DNA of 64,000 nucleotides from Camelus dromedarius (lineage: Eukaryota). The notes under the pieces were generated by a model. It made no database searches and had not been told where the DNA came from. It saw only the letters and a program-made list of their open reading frames with translations. This document shows positions 52,681 through 64,000 of the stretch, piece by piece. The stretch is taken from positions 29,700,001-29,764,000 of the forward strand of contig NC_087436.1 of the NCBI RefSeq assembly GCF_036321535.1, given 5' to 3'. The position numbers and the translations under genes were made by a program. The first letter of the stretch is position 1; every line of letters starts with the position of its first letter.

Positions 52681-55217
52681 CAATTTCTAATAATACCTTG
52701 AGAGCTACTGTGGAGGTTCCTCCAGAAGCTTTGCTTTTGTAGGCATTACCTATCCCAGACCACTTTAAATTCAGGTAAAAATGTGAGATTCCCTGGATGA
52801 CCTAGATTTCATCCCAGGCTACAGGTATTCTGAAGTGTTCTGGTTCATTCTTGTTTTATCCTTCAGTGGACTCCACTTGTTTTTAATATTCTAGTTTAGT
52901 ATAAATAGGTCTCTGGCCAGACCTCCATTTTATGTCAGCTATAGACTTTAACTTCTATCTCTTTCAACTGAAGATTCCATTAGGGTAAAAGTTCACATGG
53001 ACTGGATGGGAACACGTGCCCAGTTCTGTGTTAATTTTCCTCCCTGGTAACATATACATCTTCTCTAATCGTTACCATGTGTTTCCCATGTCTTTGTTCC
53101 TCCTTTGACTTTCACGGGATTGATGATGAATCCCCTTTCCGTTTTCATACATTCCTTACTCAAAGTAGATCAGTATCACTAGTTTATTCCCTGTAACACA
53201 CAATGTCTTATAATGTCTGAATATTGATTCCCCATCCCATTTTACAGGTATTTTAGTGTTTTCAAGTATTTATTTTACTGTTTTTTTTCTTCTGCTTCTA
53301 CATAGCTAATGCTTTGTTTAGACTTAACCACCTGTTCATATATATAAATATTTTACTGCCATTAATCACACATTCTACTTATATATTCATCATTGCTTCC
53401 AAAGTTATCTGATGCTTTACAAATGTGATTTTTAAAATTAATTCAGCTTTTCCTTGTCATTACAATGGGAGTATGGGTCTTATCCAACTATTCCATCCTT
53501 CCCAAAAGTAGAAAAAGATCATTATTTTTTCATTATTTCCACTCTCTCTATTCTGGAATTCCTATTAGATGCTCCTTGGATTTTACTTTTATTCTACCCT
53601 CCATGTGTTTTGACTTTTCATATTTTCTACCTTTTGGCTAATATTCTGTTATATGATTCTCTTTACAGTGGCCAACAAAGCCTAAAATGTTTAATCTCTA
53701 GTGCTTCACAGGAAAAAAAATTTTTTTTTCTAAGTCTTGCTCTAGAATGATTTTGTATTTCCTCTGGAAATCACCCAAAGTATCATTGTTCAGAAGATGA
53801 TATATGTTAATTTTTAATTTGATGGTTCAATACTATATAATTCATAAGTTTGAAGACAACACATGATGTGTATCCCTAATGCTACAAATTCTCAGGGAAT
53901 AATATGTATTTTTCTTACTAATTGCTCCCCTACTGATAGACAAAATTCCTCTTTATAACCTTGTGTTGGTTAATATTTTTTTGTTTACCATTTCATTATG
54001 GGTATAGCTATTAATCACCTACCAATTAATGAGTGATAAAGCCCAAGTTTCTAAGTTCTTGTGCCCATCCTTCCTGCTACCCAGAAAAGTTCAGAATAAT
54101 TGGCTATGTTGTGTTTCTGGCAGAAGTTGTTTTCCTATAGTTTTAAGTATACAGATAACAGGCAATTTCTACTACTTTTAATATTAGCATTTGTTACTGA
54201 GACTTTTCAGGTAAACGAACTTGCCATATAGATTAAATTTAATTCTAAAATCCAAGATGTACTTTTTCATATATAAAACAACTTCCAAATAAGCATCAGA
54301 AAAATGTTTGAAAGAAGTGTGTTTAGTAAATATGGTTATACATTATTTAACAATCATATAATCAACCTGATTATATACCACATGATAAGTACCAGTGATA
54401 CTTATTTTTAACAAAACAGACTACAAATAATACATTGCACAAATTATCTGACACAATAATAGGTACTTCTCTAATTAGAAAAACGCAACGATCATCTAAG
54501 AAAAAATATATGTGATATATAAATCTTCTAAAAGTCCAGTGTATGGGGACTTAATTTGATTGGTTTTTGAAATAGTAATTTCCTAGCACAGTCTCTCAGC
54601 ATGTTTCATTTACACAAGAGAAAACTCTTTAATTACAAGATTCTTAATTTACCCTGGTAATTTCATTAGAAAAATGATTAATTACTTTGAGCAATCAGTT
54701 TTACAGATAATCATAGTTCTTTATTTAAACTTCACACAGACCCCAAAAGAAAGAATGAAGGAAAGAAAGCAAATGACAAGCTTGTGCAAAGACCTAAAGA
54801 AAAATCCAGTCTTTTAGTAAATCTGAAATCAGAGTTGAAATATTTCTTTAGACATGGCAAAAATCTTCCTATTGTTGAGTAACTAATAATTATATTTTTA
54901 AGGTCAACTGAGTCAACATAGAAACTGAATTTTAAGTTAACATACTATTTTAAGAAATGAATGGCATATTTAGAGTGTTGACATTTAGAAAATGCATGTT
55001 TTGTGGAACTTGTAATGTGTTTTAGAATCATAAATGTTAAAAACAAAATAAGTATCAGATTATATTTAATAAAATAAAAAACAGATGTATATTATAAATA
55101 CTTGAAAGCCCAAGGCAGGTTTCAATTACAAGTACTCCCCTTTCAGTCAAGATTATAAATATCCAAATTTAAAACCACTTCAACTATTAATGTGTATTTA
55201 TTTTAGATATATGGAAC

Positions 55218-55384
55218 ACATGGCTCTGAATCTTGGCTTCATAGTAGAATCACATCGTGAGTTTTAAAATACTTCTTGGTCTCACTCTGGTTCAGTGAAA
55301 ACAGAACTTCAATTTTTAAGAAGGAATATGGGTAGACTGAGATATCTCCTATTATTCTAACATGTGGGTGAGGTTAAGAACCAA
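55218..55384. mobile_element. MER5A-like DNA transposon remnant
   Basis: tcttggcttcatagtagaatcacatcgtgagttttaaaatac...ttattctaacatgtg..gaggttaagaacca. Confidence 0.5.
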
Positions 55385-56639
55385 TCATCGTTGGTAGGCT
55401 TTACGGCTATGTGCAGCAAGCACCAACTGCAAATAATTAACCTTCCTGAAATATAGAGAGAAAATATGCAACGGAGTTACATAAATGCAAGAGTTCAGAC
55501 TTGGCAGAATTTCTTTTTTTTTTTTTCTCATTTGTTTAGGAATAAGTTAAATTTCTGAATTCTAGAAAGTTATATGAGAAAACACTATCAAAATAAATTT
55601 ACATAAACTATTTAGTTGTGTTAATTTATACTTTAAATTTGATGTTCAGAAATAAATGAAACTTTTGGTAGCTGCTTTAAAAACTACCTTCACAGTGCTT
55701 AAAGAAAGGTCAATAACAAATGTGTTTTTTTTCCTTAATTTCTACATACATGATAAAATTCTATTTCTCTTTAGGTAAACTAATTTTAAGGAAACTAATT
55801 GGATAATTCAATAAAAGCCACTTTTTAATAAGATTAGCAAGATACAATTTTAGTTAGCTTTTTAATTTCTTTTTCCATTATTTATTTTCTTATATAAAAG
55901 ATTTTCCTTTATCTTTTGCTTTCAATTCTTAACATTTTCATCTAGAATGAGACTAAGAATATCTCTGATTTTTAAGAGAGATTTTCATTGCCCTCCTGCT
56001 TTGGAAATAAAAGCAAGCAGTTATATGTCTTTGAAATGCCGAAGTACATTTCTAATAATTCTACAGAAAATAGCATTAAAAATAAATAAAATAAACTGGC
56101 AGCTCTTGAAAATAATAAAGAATGGTATCAGCAGACCAGAAAATTTATTAATTTGGGGGGTAGATGAAGCATATTGTATCTAATTGCATGAGAAGCTTAT
56201 CATTTCCCCTTACTGACCTAGGTCACAAAGCCCATTGCCTGCAAATGAGCAAGTGGACACATTTCTCTTAAGAGTTGTCCAAGAACTTTACAATGTCAGA
56301 GGATAAATCATTGGTATCAAGTGCATTCTTATTAAATAATAAGGAAAAAAGTGAATAACATCTGTCAAAAAATTTAAGCATTATTCTACTGATTAGGCAA
56401 TGATCATGTTTGTTGAAATTCAGGTTTAATATGTTAGAAATTAGTTAGTAAGTAAACTGAGAAATACATTACTACAGATTCCAACAGGGCAGCAAGAAAA
56501 AAGACAAAGTAGTACATTTAAAGGAAAAGGAATTAACTGTACATAAATTTCTTTAAAAAATTCAACCTTTTCTAGGTTTTTTAACTATAACTTTTTAAAT
56601 AACTGTAATTATATATGCTAGTTTTATAATTATTGCTAT

Positions 56640-57041
56640 TTTATTAGTCTGCTGTGATTGCCGTAACAAGAAAGCTTCAAAAAAAAAAACATTAAAAAAA
56701 CTGGGAAAGCTTAAGCGACATAAATTTATTTTCAAGAAGCTGGAGGTTCAAGATCAAGGTGTCAGCGGGGTCAGTGTCTGGTGAGGTCTCTCTTCCTGGC
56801 TTGCCAATAGCCTCCATATGCTGTGTACTCACATGGCCTTTTTTTGTTCTTTTTAGGAGAGATAAATCTCTGGTGTCTCTTCCTCTTCTTAAAAAGACAC
56901 CAGTCCTATCAGAATAAGGATGCACTCATATGACCTCATTTTACCTTAATTACTTCCTGAAAGGCCCTATCTCCAAATATGGTCACCCTGGGGATTAGGG
57001 CTTCAAAATTTGGATTTTAAGACACAATTTATTCCATAACA
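56640..57041 (-). mobile_element. MaLR MLT1B-like LTR
   Basis: tattagtctgctgtgattgccgtaacaa...ttcaagatcaaggtgtcagc...gacctcattttaccttaattac...gacacaatttattccataaca. Confidence 0.85.
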
Positions 57042-57178
57042 ACTGTATATACTAGTTTTATAACTATAACTATGTAAGGGCAACAGAAGATATGAAAACT
57101 TTTAGAAATTAAAATTACAAATTTATAAATTATATAAAATTTATAGGAACGGAATTACTGGATCACAGGGTATGTGCT

Positions 57179-58574
57179 TACTATGGTCTGATTGTTTATG
57201 TTCTCCCAAAATGTAGAAGTAAAGAAACTGCTGTAAGACATACCTAAACATGTGGAAGCGGCTTTGAAACTGGGTAATGGTAGTGGGTGAAAAAATTTGG
57301 AGGTATATGCTAGAAAAAGCCTACATTGCAGTGAATGAACTGTTAAGGGTGATTCTCATAATGGCTCAGAAGAAGAAAAGAGATGTAGAGAAAGCCTCAA
57401 TCTTCTTACAGAATATCTAAGTAGTCTGGAACAGAATGCTGGTAGGAATATGAATGGTAGCGATCACTGTGATGAGGTCTCAGATGGAAATGAGAGACAC
57501 GTTATTGGAAACTAAAGGAAAAATGATTCTTGTTACAAAATAGCAAAGAATGTGGCTGAATTCCAGTGCTGTGATCTTTAGCTGCCCAAGGTGCAGGTTT
57601 GCGGGCCCTGGTGTGGCCAGCTCTGAATCCAGCAAAGCACAGCAGGTGTGGCTTCCTCCGATTAGATCTTAAAGAATGGATCATCAGACTAGATCTAGCC
57701 AGGGAGCCACCAAGGTGGGATCACTGCAGAAAGTGCCCATTTTAAGGCATCCCAAGCTGTGAGATCTGCAGAGCCACCTGCTTGCAATTTCTGCTCAAGT
57801 GAGCATTGGTGTAGGCTTCACCCAGCAAAGCAGTGGGGATGGGACTGCGTGGAGCCTTCGGGCCCAACCCCACCCCCGTGGGTCCTAGTTTTGGATTTGC
57901 TTGGGGCCTGTTCTCCATTTTTCATTTCCTATTTCTTCCTTTGGGATGGGAGTGTTTATCCTATGACTGCCCCATAATAGTACTTTCGAAGTATATCATA
58001 TCTTAGATTTCCAAGGTTCACAGGTAGAGAACAATCTGTCTAAGGATGAATCAACTCATCCATATTGATTTAGATGATTTTTAGATCAGACTTTGGACTT
58101 AAGGCTTTTGAGTTGATGTTGGAACTAGTTAAGACTTTGGGGGCTGTTGGGATGGAATGAATATATTTTACATGGTATACGACATAAATTTGGGGAAACA
58201 AGGGGCAGAATGTTATGGCTAAATATCTGTGATCCTCTCCATTCATATGTTAAAATCCTAATGCCCAATGTGATGGTACTAGAAGGTAGAGCCTTTGAAG
58301 GGTGCTTAGGTCTTGAATGCGAAGCTCTCCTGTCCAGGATTAGTGGTCCTGTACAAGACTCCACATAGCTCCTTAGCTTCCTTCCATCATGTAAGGACAT
58401 AGCAAGAAGGCACCATCTATGAACCAGGAAGTGGATCCTCACCAGCCACCAAATGGGATCTTCTGGCACCATAATCTTGGATTTTCCAGCCTTCAGAACT
58501 GTGAGAAATAAATATCTGTTTATAAGCTATCCTTCTGTAGTATTTTGTTATAGTAGCCCAAATGAACTAAGACA
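57179..58574 (+). mobile_element. MaLR MLT1A-like element: truncated 5' LTR, internal region, complete 3' LTR
   Basis: 5' LTR stub at 57179-57215. MLT-int motifs (atacctaaacatgtggaagcggctttgaaactgggtaatgg; gatgaggtctcagatggaaatgag). Polypurine tract, then 3' LTR at 58211-58574 (tgttatgg...ctaagaca). Confidence 0.85.
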
Positions 58575-60990
58575 GCGTATGTTTAGCTTTAGTAGATAGG
58601 GTCAAATTCTTCCCAGAGTAATTTCAGCAATTTATACTCAATCAGCATTGTTTGAAACCTTCAATTACAAGGTTATTTTGGGTTAGTTAGTCTTCCTTTG
58701 TCTTAATGATTTGCATGTCTATTGTAAATAAAATGTTTTTTAAGCATAGTCAGAGATTTTTGAGCAAATTTCACCAAAACTTTGGGTCTGGGCTAAAAGA
58801 ACAATCCCTGAAATTAATTCCAAGAGATAAGATGGTTAGAGACCATCATCAGGGACTTCCGTCCCCAGGTATCAATATGCATTTATATTTCAAGAGAGAA
58901 TGGAACTCAGTAGAGACACTCCAGGGGTTGTACAGCTGGAAACTCTAGCTTTGGTCTTCTCCTGGAGAGATTTGTTTGAATTCTGAAGGACTGAGGAAAG
59001 AACTCAGGATTTTTCCTACTATGTTACCATGGAGACACTCTCAGAGCACATCAGAGCAGCTGGTCACTCTTCCACATAAATGCCCCCTTATTTTTCCCAG
59101 TATTCCTTGCCTCTAAAAAACCCCCTTAGATTCAGGAAGACATCTGGTTCTCATGGCATCACCGCAGGAATAAGAACCAGGGCAAAGGGGAGCCAGGCTT
59201 AAAAGCAGCCGGTATATATCTACTCGCCACACCTTTCTAGTATCAAACACAATGGGACTTGGTTGTATCTTAAAACAATCCCTGGCTCTGCACCTTTGTG
59301 TTATGACACAGGTGAATCTATGGAGTGAGCAGTAGCAAGAATCTTGATTCCTGGTGACATCTTAAATTTTACTTGATAATAGCTAAATCAAACACACTGG
59401 CCTCAGTAAAACCAAACTGAATGTGTCCCCATTCAATTTCCATCTAGCTGCATCCTAAAAGTGCTGTAGGCTGGGCCAGATTACCCGACAGGAGGATGAC
59501 TGAAAGTGAGTTGTAATGGGAAGAGGCAGCAGTCTTTATTATTTTTACTTAAAACATCTTGCATAGTAAATTTTACAAAAATCATACGAGCTTGAGAAGA
59601 ATGAGTCAAATATGAGGAGTTCTAAAGGTTTAGTTTCCTTAGCTTTAAGATAAACCTGCTGTTGAAACTTCCCATGAAACCCACTTCAGAAAAACACTGG
59701 AGATAATTATATATTCTATCATATAACTATACTGAATTAATTTCAAAAGTTACTTCTTAGCAATATGGTTTAACATTGTTTTCATTATTATGTACAGTGC
59801 TGTAGTTCAAACTCTTATATCTGTTCCTTTTTGTATATGTGTACTCATCTTATGTGTTAACACTTTATTTATTTATATCCAGAAGTGCTGAGACATAATT
59901 ACATATCATTACATTTTATATTGAGACATAAAATAGAGATACAGTAAACTATGCAAGACATTGAAAAATAACAATATTGAAGAGATTTTCTTTTCCTTAC
60001 AACTCTTGCCAACATTTGCCAATTTCCCAAAACCCATGCTCCCTAGCATTGAACAATTATTGCAAATCTCAGCTATTTTACTTAATGAATACTTGGATTT
60101 TATACTTGTCTATATAGATTTCTGCTTCTCCTAAGTGTCTTATGAGAAATAACTATATTCAAGAGATACAGCTGATTTCCTTCATATTCAAATTATAATA
60201 AAGTGGTTTACTGGAAAAAATAACAAAATAGAAGCGAAAGTAGTTTGGTCTTTTGTTTAATGATTACATGTATAAATTAAGCAGACTGGGAGAAGGGAAT
60301 AAAAATCATTTTATACTGTCAGGAAAATAGAGGTAAATATCCAAATATGCTACATAAAAATAGGATTTGAAAAAAACTTAAGTTTATCTAAGGTTATGAT
60401 CGTAGTAAAATATTTTAAGAATCCTTTTGAAACTCTGAATGCTTTAATAAATTAGTATAAATAAGTAGAATAATTATTGTATACTAATTAGGTAAGACTG
60501 AACTGTTTTGGGTCTTTAGGACAAAAACAATTTGTTCTTGAAATCAAAACCAATATGAGAATATAATGCTGATTTTGATGTTATGCTGGAGTTCAGAAAT
60601 AAAACATGATTAGGAAATGGAAATAGATACAAAGGTGCTCCAGGACTTCTCTGTCATCTCACCTCATCTTCTAAGGACACCTACCATACACTTTTTGTTG
60701 TTGTCATTTTAAGTGGTGGTCTTCTTTCCTGATGTTCCTGGCTTGCCTCCACTCTTTTCTGCATTCCCCACCCATAAATCCCTAGAGCCCAGGTAAACAA
60801 TCTTAACAGCCTAACATGTACATTTTGATATTCTTTCTATACTCCTAACATTTGTATCTGTATATAGAGGTATGAATTACTTTACACCTTTTTGCCATCA
60901 TCATATATACATATTTTAAATCACTTTGTCATTCATCAGCAACTCGTGGAAATCCATTTAAGAGAAGGTGAATAACTTTAACTGATTTTT

Positions 60991-61108
60991 CTTTTGTTGG
61001 GGGTGGGTAATTAGATTTATTTATTTATTAAGGAGGTACTGGGGGACTGAACTCCAGGACCTTGTGCATGCTAAGCATGTGCTCTACCATTGAGCTATAG
61101 ACTCCACC
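60991..61108 (-). mobile_element. tRNA-derived SINE of camelid type (Vic-1-like)
   Basis: Minus strand reads GGTGGAGTCTATAGCTCAATGGTAGAGCACATGCTTAGCATGCACAAGGTCCTGGAGTTCAGTCCCCCAGTACCTCC (A and B boxes), then (TAAA)n and CTAATTACCCACCCCC. 15-bp degenerate TSD (60976-60990, 61109-61123). Confidence 0.88.
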
Positions 61109-61399
61109 CTCTAGTTGATTTTTAATGGCTGCCTAATAGTTCATAGTGATGAGTCATTATAATTATTTAATAGAAACTTTTATAATAATGTATTAACATT
61201 CTAAAATATTTTTGTAAAATCTAGACTTTGAAGAAGGGGAAGGAAAGGAACAAATTTGTTCCTTGATATTTTAGAGGAAAGCACTGAAAGAGAAAATGGG
61301 GAAATTAAAGTTGTATTGATGAGGGTTTGGAGAAATGGACTATGTCAGTGAGGTAATAGATGGCATTTGGATTTTTACATAGTTCTTCAAAAGTACGCA

Positions 61400-62470
61400 T
61401 ATAATTGTGAGAGCAAGAAAAGGGAAAACAACATTTACTAAAAGGAACAAGTATAGCAGATCTTCCAAAATAACAAGGATGCAATGGAATAAATAACAAC
61501 AGTAAAATAAAAATATTAAAAGAATAATGCTAAGTATTTGTCAGATGAAAGGATATATTTGAGAAAATATTTGTTAAATAGATGACAAAGAAATAATATT
61601 TGTAGTATTCATATAGATCTTAAAGTAACAATGCAAAGTATGAAATTCCAAAGAAAATTAGTAAAGAAATAGAATAGCTAGTTATTACTTACTGTAGGCT
61701 AAGCCGTGGAAAGATTAATGAAAATTCAGTGTCTTACAAAATAACTGTCTGTCTGTCTCTCTCTCTCTCATAACTTCTTAGATGAGTTTTCAGGTCAGAG
61801 TAACAACTTCTTTTTAGCCACTCAGGGACTTAAAATTGTTCTAATATTTTTGACACCAAATTACTCTAGGTGCCACCACCCGACTAAGACAGAAAGTGAA
61901 GGAACAAGGAAAAGTGCTTGATGGGGCCTTACTAATAAGGCCCAGGGACAGTATACATCACTTCAGTTAATATTTGTTTCTAGAACTCAGCCACGTGGAC
62001 ACTGCAGCCAAGGAAGCCTGGGAGGTAGAGAGCTGGCACTTTGTGCCACGGGAAGTTTACAGAAGAACAAATCCAAATGTTGAACTTCTATAAGAAAATA
62101 TGTTCAGGTTCATTGGTGGGAAAAGAAATATAATTGAAAATCACAAGGGAATGTCACAAGAAAAATCATCACGTAGGCAAAACTTAGACTTAACCCTAAG
62201 ACTTACTGCTTCCAGTGCTCTGGTATATTTCTGGTGGAAAATAAATTGCCACAGGCCCCTTCGGAGCAATCTGGCAACTTATATTGCACTAAAATGCACA
62301 TACGCCATCTGACAAAGCAATCTCAATCCTAGGCTTCTTCCCCTATGGATAAAGTCATACTCACATCAGTGGTTACTGCATTCTTTAGTCTTGCTGCCAT
62401 TAGATTTTTCATGACATTGGAACCTAAATGTTCACAAAGAGAAGCTCTCTTACTGATTTGTGGAAACTCA
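61400..62470 (+). mobile_element. Old L1ME-type 3' region, interrupted by an MLT1-type LTR (about 61685-62060, minus strand)
   Basis: ggagcaatctggcaac...aaaatgcacatacgccatctgacaaagcaatctcaatcctagg is L1ME-like. gtatacatcacttc...ctagaactcagccacgtgg...gcagccaaggaagcctgggag is MLT1-like. Confidence 0.5.
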
Positions 62471-64000
62471 ATATTATTTACCTTGAAACGGCAATAAGTG
62501 TTAGGAAAAAGGAGATTTCACTTGGGACCATCATACTATAATAACATTTAGCTTTCGATTTGGAATCAAGAATTTTAGTTTAGAACAGTAAACTTTGCTT
62601 CTGAGATTTCATGGTCTAAAAAATAAATGTAAATATATGTTTAAATATTTACATGTATGAGATTATCTTTTAGTTAGTTATAGCCAAATTAAACAAAACA
62701 ATCTCTTTTGAAAAAGAAGAAAAAAATCCATCTATTCAGAAAATTAATAACTGAGGCTAAAATTGTTCATAACACAATTCAAATTGATATAGATTTTTGA
62801 GTTCACATTTTTTTTTCAAAATTGAAAGAAAAAAAAATCAAGTGAGTCAAATAACACTTCTTTCCCTTGGTCTCTTTTCTTGTCAGTAGGCATATGTTGA
62901 CTTCAATGATGCTTAATTTATTTTCCCATTACATAAATTTTTAAATTGTGATATTGGAACAAGAAGTACAAATGACATTTCTGTATATTTATGAAAATTA
63001 CTAAAATTACAAAGTAATTTAGATATATAGATTAAGCTTCTCATTCATATGATTTCTAATTTAGAACCATTTCTTCTATGTCTTAGTTGTTGCTATAATT
63101 AAATGCTAGTGAAATGAAATCTTTAAAAATTCCCACATAACTTTGTAATAAGTTATTGGAACAGAAGTAAAAATGAAAACACATAAAGAATACAAAAGTA
63201 ACATCAGAAAAACAGAATTATTCCTAAAGTTCTGAACTTTCAAAGGTATTGATGAAATATTCAGGGACATTTCAGATTATAGTAAATTATTATTTAAATT
63301 ACTATACATTCAATCTTAGAAAATAAGTGATAGATTATTCAGTAAAGGGAAAAGTAGAGAAGACTACTATCAAGAAAAAAAGAAACTGAAAAGATCCTAG
63401 TATTTTAACATTCAAGAGGCAGTCCTGTCCTTTTTATTGAAAAAAAGATCTTCATTCAACAGTAAAATAAATCATACTCACATAAAAAATGTATCTCAAT
63501 AATTTGAGAGAATAAGTAAACAAAATATGCAATCATTTTCATTTGAAAGATACCCACCTACTGATAAAACACTTCATTTGCAGACTATACACATTAAAGC
63601 AAATTTATTAACATTATATTTCATAATGTTTCACACCAGAAGTTGTAAAGTGTCAAAACAGTTTCTATGTTATTCTAATTAATTCTTCATCATCAGATTG
63701 TCTTTGGTCTGCATTCAGATCCATCCACTCTATAAACAGTTTACGTAATTAAAAAAAAAAAAAGGGATGTAGGAGAATGTGGTAAGTCTGGTTAAGTCCA
63801 AATATAAGCGTGAATGCAAACATACACAAAGTCACAAGTGTGGTAAGAAATCTACAAAGGACCTCACAAAGTAGATATGCATTTCAACATGTATTAAAAT
63901 AAATTAGAACTAAAAATATTTCAAAGAAAATAAACAAATGATTAATAAATGCACAGTTTTCTCTGTTTCTCCTCACAAAAATGCTCATGAATTGGATTTG

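Larger units (their letters stand above)
48880..53750 (-). mobile_element. Patchwork of very old L1 (L1M/L1ME/HAL1-like) ORF1/5' fragments, interrupted by younger elements
   Basis: Repeated T-rich antisense ORF1-type motifs, e.g. ttatcattccatt...ttctgatgagaaattagctgtcaggctaattgttgtttcttt...tgcagttcact. Confidence 0.5.

Noticed and set aside
61020..61108. Functional tRNA-Ala gene
   Set aside because: It has a SINE tail and TSD, and the B box/T arm and acceptor stem are imperfect; it is a SINE.
62627..62654. 10-bp hairpin ATGTAAATAT/ATATTTACAT
   Set aside because: Expected by chance in very AT-rich DNA.

Overview
AT-rich, CpG-poor mammalian genomic DNA with no supportable protein-coding exon, CpG island or functional RNA gene. 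It is most likely camelid (camel/alpaca/llama), judged from a tRNA-derived SINE at 60991-61108 and the form of the youngest L1 3' ends. The window is a mosaic of unique sequence and interspersed repeats of many ages: MIR, L2, old L1, MaLR/MLT1, MLT2, MER3, MER5 and Tigger remnants, several solo ERV LTRs with intact termini and target-site duplications (TSDs), and young 5'-truncated L1 copies. The ORFs in the track look spurious or are decayed L1 fragments. The most unusual observations are: (1) a sharply bounded 56-bp inverted repeat (53/56 identical) with arms 2.1 kb apart (45971-46026 and 48167-48222); (2) a 40-nt tailless 5S rRNA retrocopy with a TSD; (3) an ERV 5' LTR plus leader fused to scrambled, tail-less L1 ORF2 pieces; (4) a young class II-like solo LTR with a perfect 6-bp TSD. 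I cannot support a new multi-gene biological system here. Repeat family names come from recalled consensus features, not from a database search, and boundaries of the old repeats are approximate.
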